From an uncultured Candidatus Saccharibacteria bacterium (lineage in GTDB: Bacteria; Patescibacteriota; Minisyncoccia; Phycocordibacterales; UBA9973), in the NCBI GenBank assembly GCA_964456475.1, contig CAYVZI010000001.1, positions 11,762 to 75,761 of the forward strand: 64,000 bases of DNA, read 5' to 3'. Positions 1 through 9,314 of the stretch are shown here, one piece after another. The first letter of the stretch is position 1; each line of letters starts with the position of its first letter. Position numbers and translations under genes: made by a program. The notes beneath the pieces are model-generated. The model worked only from the letters and a program-made list of their open reading frames with translations, had not been told where the DNA came from and ran no database searches.

Positions 1-60
1 CAGATTTACTTAGCCTAACTCCTCGACCAATATTTGTGCAGTACCAGTAGAGTTTCAATA

Positions 61-88
61 TCTAAATCCTAATTTCTAATGTCTAAAA
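61..88. repeat. degenerate 7-mer tandem array
   Basis: TCTAAAT CCTAATT TCTAATG TCTAAAA. Confidence 0.55.
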
Positions 89-124
89 CTAGGTTCTTGA
101 AAAAGGAATCTGTATAATTATTAT

Positions 125-1345
125 ATGAAATTAAAAACAAAAATTGCATTTATCGGTGGTTCAATTGCACTACTGCTCGGTGTGTTGGTTTTGGGTATAG
201 CTATCGGTTATGCGCATCGACCATACGTTAGTAGAATCATGAGCGTTGTCGACAAAGAGGTACCTACTGATATCAAGGCTGATTTTGAACCGTTTTGGCA
301 GGTGTGGAGTATGATAGACCAAGAGCACCCTGGTGCAGAAAAAGTATCGTCAGAGGATCGTGTCTATGGTGCAATAAAAGGACTCGTAGATTCGTTGAAT
401 GATCCATATTCTGTTTATATGCCTCCTCAGGAATCAAAAGATTTCAACGATATTATCTCGGGAACATTTGGTGGTATTGGTTTGGAAATCGGAATAAAAG
501 ATAAGATTATTACGGTAATCGCTCCACTAAAGGATGCTCCAGCCGAAGAGGCAGGAATAAAGTCTGGTGATAAGATTCTCAAAATTGATTCACTTCCGAC
601 AAACGATATGTCTGTCGACAAGGCTGTACATATTATCCGCGGTGTTCCTGGTACTGTTGTAAAACTTACTATACTGCGAGGTGATGAAGGTCAACCACAA
701 GAGATCGCAATTACTCGTGCAGACATTTCTATTCCAACACTTGATGCAAAATTGAGAAGCGACGGAATTTTTACAATATCACTGTACAATTTCGGTGCAC
801 TATCTGCTTCATTATTGCGTGATGCATTGCATCAGTTCAATGATAGTGGTTCAACAAAGCTCATTATAGATCTCCGTGGTAATCCAGGTGGCTATCTTGA
901 TTCCGCTGTAGATATGGCAAGTTTCTTTCTTGCTGAAGGCGAAACGGTCGTAACCGAAGACTTTGGAACAAATGGATCTCCACGTGTGTATCGCAGTAAG
1001 GGATATCGATTGATAGATATGAAGAAGACAAAGGTTGTGGTCTTGGTGGACAAGGGTTCAGCTTCTGCTTCTGAAATTCTCGCTGGTGCACTTTTGGAAC
1101 ATGGTGTTGCTCCAATCATAGGCGAAACAACATATGGAAAAGGGTCAGTGCAGAAAGTCATCGAAGTAACGGATACAACATCTCTAAAGCTTACTGTTGC
1201 AAAATGGCTCACTCCAAATGGAGTCTCTATTTCCCAAAAAGGAATCGAACCAACAATCGAAGTGGTCACTACCGATGAGCATATAAAAAACAAGGTTGAT
1301 CCAGTCCTTGATCGCGCGGTAGAGTATCTTAAGACAGGGAAGTAG
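125..1345 (+). CDS. ctpA: C-terminal processing peptidase S41 (PDZ)
   Basis: N-terminal TM, DPYS motif, PDZ (GGIGLEIG), DLRGNPGG, SASASE and TYGKGSVQ catalytic motifs. Confidence 0.93.
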   Translation: MKLKTKIAFIGGSIALLLGVLVLGIAIGYAHRPYVSRIMSVVDKEVPTDIKADFEPFWQVWSMIDQEHPGAEKVSSEDRVYGAIKGLVDSLNDPYSVYMPPQESKDFNDIISGTFGGIGLEIGIKDKIITVIAPLKDAPAEEAGIKSGDKILKIDSLPTNDMSVDKAVHIIRGVPGTVVKLTILRGDEGQPQEIAITRADISIPTLDAKLRSDGIFTISLYNFGALSASLLRDALHQFNDSGSTKLIIDLRGNPGGYLDSAVDMASFFLAEGETVVTEDFGTNGSPRVYRSKGYRLIDMKKTKVVVLVDKGSASASEILAGALLEHGVAPIIGETTYGKGSVQKVIEVTDTTSLKLTVAKWLTPNGVSISQKGIEPTIEVVTTDEHIKNKVDPVLDRAVEYLKTGK

Positions 1346-1351
1346 GAGGTG

Positions 1352-1456
1352 CTAGCTTCTAGGGTCTAGGTTCTGGAAACTAAATTTGAGCATCAAGAAA
1401 AACAGCACACTTGTGCTGTTTTTCTACTAAACCCTAATCCCTAGACCCTAACCCCT
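1352..1456. repeat. inverted pair of 7-mer arrays enclosing a terminator
   Basis: CTAGCTT CTAGGGT CTAGGTT CTGGAAA ... CTAAACC CTAATCC CTAGACC CTAACCC. Confidence 0.8.
1396..1425 (+). terminator. intrinsic terminator after ctpA
   Basis: AGAAAAACAGCACA-CT-TGTGCTGTTTTTCT perfect inverted repeat with T tail. Confidence 0.8.
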
Positions 1457-1477
1457 CTTTGATGTAATATAAAGCTC

Positions 1478-1921
1478 ATGAAAGTAGTATTCATCAAAGA
1501 TCTCAAAGGGGTAGGGCATAAGAACGATATCAAAGACCAGCCAGACGGCTATGCCCGAAATCACCTTATTCCAAAGGGTTATGCGATTCCAGCAACTGCG
1601 GAGGCAATCAAAAAAGTCGAGCGCGGAGCGAATGAAATCCGTGTCGAAAAAGAAATCCAATCTGACCTTTTTAAGCGCAACCTCGAGGCAATTAATGGTG
1701 CTGGAGTGACACTCAAAGTGGCTGCAAATGACAAAGGTCACCTTTTTAAGGCTGTTCACGCCAAGGATATTGCAGATGCTCTCAAAAAAGATTTGCGAAT
1801 CATTATCTCTGAGCAATATATAAAAATCCCTGAACCGATTAAGCAGACTGGCGAATTCAAGGTAGGAGTTGAAGCACTCGGGATGAAAGAATCTATTACA
1901 GTGAATATTGTAAAAGGGTAA
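1478..1921 (+). CDS. rplI: 50S ribosomal protein bL9
   Basis: MKV...DLKGVG...DGYARNHLIPKG N-terminal signature; 147 aa. Confidence 0.95.
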   Translation: MKVVFIKDLKGVGHKNDIKDQPDGYARNHLIPKGYAIPATAEAIKKVERGANEIRVEKEIQSDLFKRNLEAINGAGVTLKVAANDKGHLFKAVHAKDIADALKKDLRIIISEQYIKIPEPIKQTGEFKVGVEALGMKESITVNIVKG

Positions 1922-1922
1922 T

Positions 1923-2822
1923 ATGGAAGGATTCGAAAAAACACCGGTGTTTAATATTCAAACATCACTCGAAAAGATTCAAGGGGTTTCTGATATCAAA
2001 AAGTTGGAATTAAATGAGGAGTATTTTTCAAACTTTGGAAAAGAAATTGAAGTACGCGATGCAATAAAAAATAACTACGAATCGGTTGACGCATACAAAT
2101 TCAACTATGTGTCAGATGGACTTAATATCGTTGGTTATATATGGTCCCCGAAAGAAGTAGACCAGCAGTTGCCACTTGTTGTGTGGAATCGAGGTGGAAC
2201 AATGCATGTCGGTAACATTGGTGAATTGTCCGGCACTCCTTTTCTAGCCCCAGCTGAATTAGCAAAAATGGGACATCTTGTTGTCGCGTCTGAATACAGA
2301 GGTAGCACAGGCTCAGAAGGTCACGATGAATTCGGCGGAAAAGACCTGAACGATGTTGTGCAAATTAAAAGAATTGCAGACCAGCTTCCTATCACACTAC
2401 CCGGTAAAGCAATTGTTGCAGGTGCAAGTAGAGGTGGAATGATGAGTTATTTGCTTGCAGCAAAAGAACCGTGGGTAAAGAAGGTTGTATCGATCGCTGG
2501 ACTTACAGAGTTACAGGACCACCCTTATATGAAAGAAACATTTGACAGATGTTTTGGTGGTTCGGATGAGGAAATGAAAAAACGATCAGCTACCTATTTT
2601 TATGAGAGTATCCCGCATGATGTACCATTACTTATTTTACAAGGAGTAAAAGACGAGAGTGTTCCAGTTGAACAAGTTCGAAAATTAACTACACTTTTGG
2701 AATCAAGCGGTCATACTGTGAAGTATCAAGAATATCCTGAAGGTGATCATTTCCTTTTGTACCCATCTAACGCAGAATCAAAGGATGCTTTGAAAACGAT
2801 ACAAGATTTTATTGATAAGTAA
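1923..2822 (+). CDS. alpha/beta hydrolase, prolyl oligopeptidase S9 family
   Basis: NRGG, EYRGS, GASRGG nucleophile elbow, QGxxDxxV, EGDH. Confidence 0.88.
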   Translation: MEGFEKTPVFNIQTSLEKIQGVSDIKKLELNEEYFSNFGKEIEVRDAIKNNYESVDAYKFNYVSDGLNIVGYIWSPKEVDQQLPLVVWNRGGTMHVGNIGELSGTPFLAPAELAKMGHLVVASEYRGSTGSEGHDEFGGKDLNDVVQIKRIADQLPITLPGKAIVAGASRGGMMSYLLAAKEPWVKKVVSIAGLTELQDHPYMKETFDRCFGGSDEEMKKRSATYFYESIPHDVPLLILQGVKDESVPVEQVRKLTTLLESSGHTVKYQEYPEGDHFLLYPSNAESKDALKTIQDFIDK

Positions 2823-2836
2823 TTGAACGATTATAA

Positions 2837-2868
2837 ACAAAACCCGCATCATCAGATGCGGGTTTTGT
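2837..2868. terminator. bidirectional intrinsic terminator
   Basis: ACAAAACCCGCATC-ATCA-GATGCGGGTTTTGT between convergent genes. Confidence 0.85.
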
Positions 2869-2882
2869 GTTTTATGACTGAT

Positions 2883-3155
2883 TTAGTCAACGTGAACGAT
2901 TTTCTTTGTTGAGTGAGTTCCGTCGAAGTGTACTTTTCGCTTGTTAGCGAATGATACAGTTCCTTCCTTGAGAGCGAAGAGTGTGTGGTCTGTAGCAACT
3001 TTTACATTGCGTCCTGCCATAATCACTGTTCCGCGCTGACGAATGATGATTGATCCTGCTTTAGTTTTTTCCCCTGCGTAGAGCTTGGTTCCTAGATATT
3101 TAGGATTCGAGTCTCGCAGGTTATGGGCGGTTCCGCCCGCTTTACGATGTGCCAT
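2883..3155 (-). CDS. rpmA: 50S ribosomal protein bL27
   Basis: [34 protein letters not shown]. Confidence 0.96.
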   Translation of the reverse strand: MAHRKAGGTAHNLRDSNPKYLGTKLYAGEKTKAGSIIIRQRGTVIMAGRNVKVATDHTLFALKEGTVSFANKRKVHFDGTHSTKKIVHVD

Positions 3156-3249
3156 ATAGGGTTAAAAATATTCGGGACGATTTCTATGCACGGGGACATC
3201 CAATGCCATATACAGTCAGTACCGATTTAGATATAATTAAAGTAACTTC

Positions 3250-3603
3250 ATGAGTATACATACTTTAGCCCAAAAAATCAAGGCCTGGACAGGGGAGAGG
3301 AGACGACCCCTTGTTCTTGTTGGAATCCTTATATTTACGGCTTTTTCCTCCTTTTACGTTGGATATATTGCTCAAATCGAGACAAGTCCAAATGACTATC
3401 AATTCGAACCTCGTAGTACACAATCAGACCCGAAGGCAATCATACAAGCTACTGATGGGGCATTTATCGCCTCCCAAAATGGCACAAAGTACTACCCAAA
3501 GGAATGCATTGGAGCCAAAAGGATTAAGGAGCCTAATCGCGTATATTTTGAAACAGCAGACGATGCAGAGTCGCAGGGTTATTCATTAGCCTCGGGGTGT
3601 TGA
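3250..3603 (+). CDS. membrane-anchored protein with Ada-like metal-binding C-terminal domain
   Basis: N-terminal TM; FIASxNGTKYYxxxC..AKRIKxxNRVYF..A..AE..GY motif. Confidence 0.7.
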   Translation: MSIHTLAQKIKAWTGERRRPLVLVGILIFTAFSSFYVGYIAQIETSPNDYQFEPRSTQSDPKAIIQATDGAFIASQNGTKYYPKECIGAKRIKEPNRVYFETADDAESQGYSLASGC

Positions 3604-3614
3604 AGTGATATACT

Positions 3615-4541
3615 TTGTCTGAGACAAAAACAATGGAAAGATCATCAATCATCAGTACAGTCACACTCGTGTTCGTAGTAATTACGATGGTTTTTCTTTT
3701 GAAAACGAACACAGTTCCAAGTATTCTTCTACCCGAGAAGACCACAGAGAATACAGTGCCTATATTGCAACTCCCTGTAGCTGTTAAAAAGATTGAATCA
3801 CCAATTGTACTACCGGGAGGACTCAAGAAGACAAGTGAATCTGATGCAAATAATACACAAGTGCTGCCAGCTGATTATGTTCTCACACGTGCAGGTGTAA
3901 TTTCCGAGACGAACCTGCATCGTGTTAAGTATGGAAAACAAACGTTAGTTGAGAACAAAAAACTTGATAGCTCTGCTCAAGCAAAGGCTGATGATTTACT
4001 CAAACGACAATACTTCGCACACGAAGCACCAGATGGAACAGCAATTGATGACCTGGTTCGTGAACAAGATTACAGCTATATCAAAATCGGAGAGAATCTT
4101 GCTCTCGGGAATTTTTTGAGCAACGCTGATGTAGTCACTGCATGGATGAATAGTCCAGGGCATCGAACAAATATTCTTGATGGTCAGTATACTGAAATTG
4201 GTATTGGGGTCGCTCGAGGTCTCTATGAAGGCCATATGGTATATTTTGCGGTTCAACACTTCGGACGACCAAGATCGTCATGTCCGAGCATAGAGTCAAA
4301 TTTAAAATCACAATTTACAATTGCACAAAAGTATTTGGATGAACTTATCATTTCGATCAATACCCTAAAAGGTGCGATCGACCAGGGGAGCGGGAACAAT
4401 GATGACCTAAATACCCTAATTGAAAAATACAACGCATCAGTGCTTCTTTATAAAGAAGCTTTTCAGAAAGCTGACTCACTCCGCACAAAATATAATGCTG
4501 AGGTTGCTGCATATAATGCTTGCTTAACTGGTGCTCAATAA
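3615..4541 (+). CDS. CAP/SCP domain secreted protein
   Basis: YFAH, GENLA, AWMNSPGHRTNIL motifs; N-terminal TM. Confidence 0.88.
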   Translation: MSETKTMERSSIISTVTLVFVVITMVFLLKTNTVPSILLPEKTTENTVPILQLPVAVKKIESPIVLPGGLKKTSESDANNTQVLPADYVLTRAGVISETNLHRVKYGKQTLVENKKLDSSAQAKADDLLKRQYFAHEAPDGTAIDDLVREQDYSYIKIGENLALGNFLSNADVVTAWMNSPGHRTNILDGQYTEIGIGVARGLYEGHMVYFAVQHFGRPRSSCPSIESNLKSQFTIAQKYLDELIISINTLKGAIDQGSGNNDDLNTLIEKYNASVLLYKEAFQKADSLRTKYNAEVAAYNACLTGAQ

Positions 4542-4740
4542 TAAGGTAAATGATGAGGGGGGGGGCACCACTTGATGACAAAGTAGTGTCCTTATTTGTC
4601 TGTGTGGAAAACTATATGGTAATGTCGCACAATATATCTTTCACGACATTATATCCTAATATAATGTGCGTGAAAGATAGCGATTATTTTCCAACGTGAT
4701 TACACATCGGAAAATAATCTTTGGGCCGTAGACCCACACT

Positions 4741-4997
4741 GTCATTCCGGACTTGATACGGAATCCATGAATGTATTCTCCCCTCGATGCCTGCCACAAA
4801 TTTTTTCAAAAAAGTTTTCAAAATTATTTTCTTACAAAAATTGTGTCATCCCGGACCCTGATCCGGGATCCATGGGTATCTGAGTTACATCTATGTGACT
4901 CCTTATATGCCTCTCATATATCAAATGGCCTTAAAACGCATTATACGAGATCAAAAATACGAGTTTAGCATCATTATCGACTTGATCCGATAATCCA
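4741..4997 (+). repeat. three REP-like palindromes (GTCATYCYGRAYTTGATYCRGRATCCA family) at 4741, 4845, 4970
   Basis: GTCATTCCGGACTTGATACGGAATCCA; GTCATCCCGGACCCTGATCCGGGATCCA; ATCATTATCGACTTGATCCGATAATCCA. Confidence 0.8.
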
Positions 4998-5192
4998 GTA
5001 ATTTTCTAGTGTTAAAGCATTTTTTACTAATTAGGGTGAGTTGATGGTAGGTACCGTCAATGCAAGACCTTGAGTATTCTGTAATCAGAAAGCGAACGGT
5101 GTACAGTTCCTGTTAGGAAGTCGACTTCCCTTTTTAAAAAATAAAAAACGCCCCATACTTTCGGGGCGTTTTATGTTTGATAGGTTTTTATC

Positions 5193-6461
5193 CTACGATT
5201 TCACTTGCTTCAACAAATCATCGATACTAACGGTTTCGATGGTGATTTTGCCGTTGTGACCGGTAAAAATTTTCCATACACCATCAGAAGGAACTATTGA
5301 ATACTTCCCTTTGAACTTTAAAACTAATAAATCCTTCATTTCATTAAAAGCCAATTTCTTGGCTGTATCTAAAACTTCAGGCCTTACAATATTTTTCAGT
5401 TTAGGCGTAAGCAATTCAGTAACTTCAGCTGTAACGTCGTCATGTATCTCATCTTTCATCGTGTTACGCAGGTTGTTTTCAAAGGTAAGTGCATAATCCT
5501 TTTCCCACTGTGGTTTACGACGGTTAACAATCTCTTCTTCATCAGGAATAAGAGACTTGCCGTATTCGTGCAAAAATGCAACTTTTTCGGCACCGCTTAG
5601 GTTTTCATAAGCAAGCCGAGCCATTTGCATAGCTGGTGAATTTGGCGTAGCAACAGGCTCGGATACGATTGATACAACAACAGGTTGCACTGCTGTCGGC
5701 TTTGGAGTCGAACTTTCAGGTGCGGGAGTGACTTTCTCTTCTGCTGTATTTTTATCTCCAGGTTTACCATTGGACGTATTGTCCTCAGTGCCACCTTTTG
5801 ATTTCTGTTCCTCCTCAATTTTGGCTTTTGGTGGAAAACAATCTGCACTTATGACATCATTGAAATAGACTGAGTAGTCTTCCTCATTTGGCAATTCGAC
5901 AAGAGTCACTGTTGCTTTACTACCCACGTACGCATTAAAACCGCATTCGAGTAAATAGAACAATGTGCGCTCTCCTTGAAGCTTGCTACAGTTGTAAACC
6001 GTGGCGATACACTTGGCCACAGACTCTTCGTTAGCAAATTTTACATCACTACAATGCAATCCACTTCTTAGGCCAGCCTTCCTCAATAGTGATTTGAGTG
6101 AATCAAGGCGTATTTTAGGATCGATTGTAATGGTTTCGCTTCCGTTTTCATGATCAGCAGACTTTTCTTCACCGTAAGTGGTTAAAAAAGTTTCTGTCTC
6201 GTCACTTACTTTGAATTTAAATACGAGAGTACCGCTTGTACGTTTATCTTCGCACGTCATATACTTATCGTACTTTAACATGTGATCCTTTATTCTATTA
6301 AATAAGCCATTGTCACTACCTTTGACTATTAGAATGGGATAAGCAACCGTGCTGTTGCCATTCTGTGTCTGTGAAGTAAACGATGTACTTATTTTTCGAA
6401 TCTCCTTTTTTACTGCGTCCAAAAAGAAGTGTGCTTTCGTTCTGCAAAGATCTGTTACCAT
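5193..6461 (-). CDS. hypothetical protein (orphan, low-complexity central linker)
   Basis: 422-aa ORF; upstream TTGACA (6519-6524 on minus) promoter; terminator at 5144-5172. Confidence 0.7.
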   Translation of the reverse strand: MVTDLCRTKAHFFLDAVKKEIRKISTSFTSQTQNGNSTVAYPILIVKGSDNGLFNRIKDHMLKYDKYMTCEDKRTSGTLVFKFKVSDETETFLTTYGEEKSADHENGSETITIDPKIRLDSLKSLLRKAGLRSGLHCSDVKFANEESVAKCIATVYNCSKLQGERTLFYLLECGFNAYVGSKATVTLVELPNEEDYSVYFNDVISADCFPPKAKIEEEQKSKGGTEDNTSNGKPGDKNTAEEKVTPAPESSTPKPTAVQPVVVSIVSEPVATPNSPAMQMARLAYENLSGAEKVAFLHEYGKSLIPDEEEIVNRRKPQWEKDYALTFENNLRNTMKDEIHDDVTAEVTELLTPKLKNIVRPEVLDTAKKLAFNEMKDLLVLKFKGKYSIVPSDGVWKIFTGHNGKITIETVSIDDLLKQVKS

Positions 6462-6564
6462 AACCGTTGTTTTTTAATTGTGAAAGAATATAATATATAT
6501 AGCATATATTGAGTCATATGTCAATATATGCTGAAAAAGGATAATATCCCTAAAAACCAAGGCA

Positions 6565-7107
6565 TCAGTAGCGTGTAAGGCCTTTTCTGAGGGTCTTCCA
6601 GTCTGGACATTCTTTTGCCACCAAGGACCAGAAACGGTCGCTGTGATTGTGCTCTTTGAGGTGACAGACTTCGTGAATGATGATGTAGTCTTGAAGCTCT
6701 TTCGGTAGAAATACGATCTTGTAATTGAAATTGAGGTTGCCTCGCTTGGAACAACTCCCCCATCTTCCCTTCTGATTTCCGATGCGAATGGCGCCGAATG
6801 CGAATCCGTATTTCCTCGCATAGAACTGCGTGCGCTCGTAACCGAGCGCACGTGCTAGCTCTTTGTGAGCTTTATAGTCTTTGACGGTGAGTTTTCCGAG
6901 CAACGGAGCCGGATGATTTTTGATATATTCAAGTCGTTTTTCAATCCAATCAGTGTGTCTCTCAACGAATTTTGTAACAAATGAATTTGGGACCAGTTTT
7001 GGTTTTGAAACAATAATTGTTCCATCAGATTGCACTGAAAGACGCATGTTTTTTGCGCGTTTAGACACTCGGATTTGATATTCAAATACTGTTTTCATAA
7101 AGATCAT
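6565..7107 (-). CDS. YgjP/DUF45 (M48-like) metal-dependent hydrolase
   Basis: RWGSCS, YIIIHEVCHL, NHSDRFW motifs. Confidence 0.9.
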   Translation of the reverse strand: MIFMKTVFEYQIRVSKRAKNMRLSVQSDGTIIVSKPKLVPNSFVTKFVERHTDWIEKRLEYIKNHPAPLLGKLTVKDYKAHKELARALGYERTQFYARKYGFAFGAIRIGNQKGRWGSCSKRGNLNFNYKIVFLPKELQDYIIIHEVCHLKEHNHSDRFWSLVAKECPDWKTLRKGLTRY

Positions 7108-7177
7108 TTAGGATACCATGATTTGACTAAATTTATATATTATGGTAATTTGCAAATGAACTTTTAAAACAAAAAAT

Positions 7178-7996
7178 ATGAAGAAAATATTCGCAATGAC
7201 CATACTGATGGTCGGTATTGTAATGATGTCTTGTCGTGCTCAAGCACAAAGTGAAAGGCATCGGATTGTAAACAGGCTCATTGCTGAGGCAGACTCGGTA
7301 TCGAGGGCTGCTGGTATCCCCTTCGTCGAAGATGTACTAACGTACATCAAAATAAAGAAGGTGCTCGCAGTACCGTTAGTAAGCAATGGTAAAAAAGTAC
7401 TATTGCGCGAACCGGGAGACCCACTCAACATAAATCCGGTTCTGCTAACTGTAATCCTTAAGAAGGATACTGCTACGAGCCCTGAGCTGGCTCGATTGAT
7501 TGAAAAAATGGGTACAACGTTCATCATCTCCAACATGCACAGTGTTGCATTTTACGAAGAAGACAGCCTGAGTGCTGTTTGGAGTGGTATTCGATTTATT
7601 CATTCCGCTTTCAATATGTATTTGCTTGGTACTAACAAGCAAAATACAGATATTGCGCAGACTTCGGCTCAGTATGCTGCGTACAATCTCGATTGCGATA
7701 TTCTCGATGCAATAGGCGGAGAACAGTTTAAAGTCAGCGTAGAAAAATGTTTCCATTATATGAAAAGTCACCATAAGAATAATGGTGATACATTAAAGCT
7801 TTTTACTGAGAGCCTGCAGTATGTCGATATAATAGACGCAGAACTCGGGCCATATATTGAGCCAGGAGACAAATTGTTTCGGCGTTCACTCCTTACGTTT
7901 TATCTTGGATCCCGCTTCATTGAACATTTTTTTCCGGAGCAGGATAATAGCAAGAGAACGGCCGATTTAATACTTGGTTTAAGCTCAGTACATTAG
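7178..7996 (+). CDS. hypothetical secreted protein (orphan)
   Basis: MKK signal peptide ending AQAQ; promoter TTGACT 7123-7128; terminator ~8017-8044. Confidence 0.7.
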   Translation: MKKIFAMTILMVGIVMMSCRAQAQSERHRIVNRLIAEADSVSRAAGIPFVEDVLTYIKIKKVLAVPLVSNGKKVLLREPGDPLNINPVLLTVILKKDTATSPELARLIEKMGTTFIISNMHSVAFYEEDSLSAVWSGIRFIHSAFNMYLLGTNKQNTDIAQTSAQYAAYNLDCDILDAIGGEQFKVSVEKCFHYMKSHHKNNGDTLKLFTESLQYVDIIDAELGPYIEPGDKLFRRSLLTFYLGSRFIEHFFPEQDNSKRTADLILGLSSVH

Positions 7997-8042
7997 TCGT
8001 GAATATATGAATATGTAAAGCCGCAATTTTTAATTGCGGCTT

Positions 8043-8510
8043 TTATTTTGTGAGAACGTCGACAATGTATTTGAAGTGCTTTTCTGATACCGGCATTACA
8101 GAGAGTCTTGAACCTGTCTTAGTCACCTCCATTCCATGCAATTCTCGACTACGTTTGAGGTCGCCGAGATTGACTGGAGTTTTGAACTTTTTTACGAAGG
8201 CCACGTCGACACAGGCCCAGATCGGCAGACCCTCTTTGGCTTTGGGTTCAAAATGCATATCCTTTGGATCAAATTGAGTTGCGTCGGGATGAGGTTTGCT
8301 TGCGACTTTGGCAATGCCGTAAATTCCAGATGGTGATTCAGTTGTGCCAAGTGAATGATAGAAAAGAATGAGATCACCAACGCGCATATTGTCACGCATA
8401 AAATTGCGTGCTTGATAATTGCGAATACCGGTCCAAGCAGTCTTCTTGTCGCGTTTCAAATCATCGATTGAATAGCATGTTCCTTCAGATTTTATAAGCC
8501 AGTAATTCAT
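8043..8510 (-). CDS. EVE domain protein
   Basis: YWLIKSE, W.GIRNYQARNFMR, GDLILFYHS, SRLSVMPV. Confidence 0.93.
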   Translation of the reverse strand: MNYWLIKSEGTCYSIDDLKRDKKTAWTGIRNYQARNFMRDNMRVGDLILFYHSLGTTESPSGIYGIAKVASKPHPDATQFDPKDMHFEPKAKEGLPIWACVDVAFVKKFKTPVNLGDLKRSRELHGMEVTKTGSRLSVMPVSEKHFKYIVDVLTK

Positions 8511-8517
8511 AAGCTCA

Positions 8518-8545
8518 GTATAACGTATTAGGTATCAGGTATAAA
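8518..8545. repeat. degenerate 7-mer array overlapping the -10 of the EVE gene
   Basis: GTATAAC GTATTAG GTATCAG GTATAAA. Confidence 0.6.
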
Positions 8546-8606
8546 GTGCAGCAAATATTAAAATAAAAAGACACCAATTGGTGCCTTTTATAATTTATAA
8601 CTATTT

Positions 8607-9215
8607 TTAGTATCTATTCCAGTAATAATAAAATAAATATATTGTAATCCCTGTAAACAGATATGATAGAAATATATTTATATAATCTTTGATACTTCTT
8701 GTAATTTCTATTGGGATAGCACCTGGTATTGGTGGAACCCAAGTCATCGTTCTTAATTCAACCGGAAAATACAAAATAATCCATTCCGCTGAAAACAATA
8801 GCTCTTTTTTACCCCATCCCTCAACAAGCCAAACGCATTCGGCAAACTTATTCTCTCCTACGATCTTTTTTGAAGAAAGTTTGAAAGTATAGTGAATTAT
8901 TTCGCCTATACGAACAGGATTTTTGTATTCAATGCGATTATATCCTTTTGAAAGAACCTCCGTTGGTTCTTCAAATTCAAGTGCTTTAAATATATACGAC
9001 TCTGCTTGAGCAACGGAACTAATTCCGTGACGGACATGACCCTTAAATTTTGATTTATAGGCACCAGAAGTAAGAAAATTAATATGAACAGGATTAAGAT
9101 CTCCGGATACCAATCCAAAAATAAATGTCCATATATATCTTATTTTCCGACTCGGTGAATTATAAGTATATTCCTCGGAGAGAGTCATTATCTCTTTAAA
9201 ACTATTTAATTTCAT
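8607..9215 (-). CDS. MaoC-like hot-dog fold dehydratase with C-terminal TM
   Basis: FGLVSGDLNPVH...HG motif; start moved to ATG 9215 downstream of a TTGACA-17-TATTTT promoter. Confidence 0.7.
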   Translation of the reverse strand: MKLNSFKEIMTLSEEYTYNSPSRKIRYIWTFIFGLVSGDLNPVHINFLTSGAYKSKFKGHVRHGISSVAQAESYIFKALEFEEPTEVLSKGYNRIEYKNPVRIGEIIHYTFKLSSKKIVGENKFAECVWLVEGWGKKELLFSAEWIILYFPVELRTMTWVPPIPGAIPIEITRSIKDYINIFLSYLFTGITIYLFYYYWNRY

Positions 9216-9314
9216 ACGAGTTATATTTTGATTATAAAATAACATTATTTATAATTTATGTCAAATACTACAAAAGAATTTGATTTTTTGAGAAAAATAT
9301 GTTCTAATATAGGC

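Noticed and set aside
4557-4565. G9 tract (and C7T7 near 48848) as phase-variation switches
   Set aside because: Intergenic and not within an identifiable promoter spacer or ORF; no support without read data.
4595-4625. oriC based on DnaA-box-like 9-mers (4604, 14030, 34855)
   Set aside because: Boxes are isolated, with no cluster or dnaA/dnaN nearby.
4741-4997. Three spaced palindromic repeats as a CRISPR array
   Set aside because: Repeats diverge, spacers are about 77 and 97 bp, no cas genes, and the same motif is dispersed as REP singlets.
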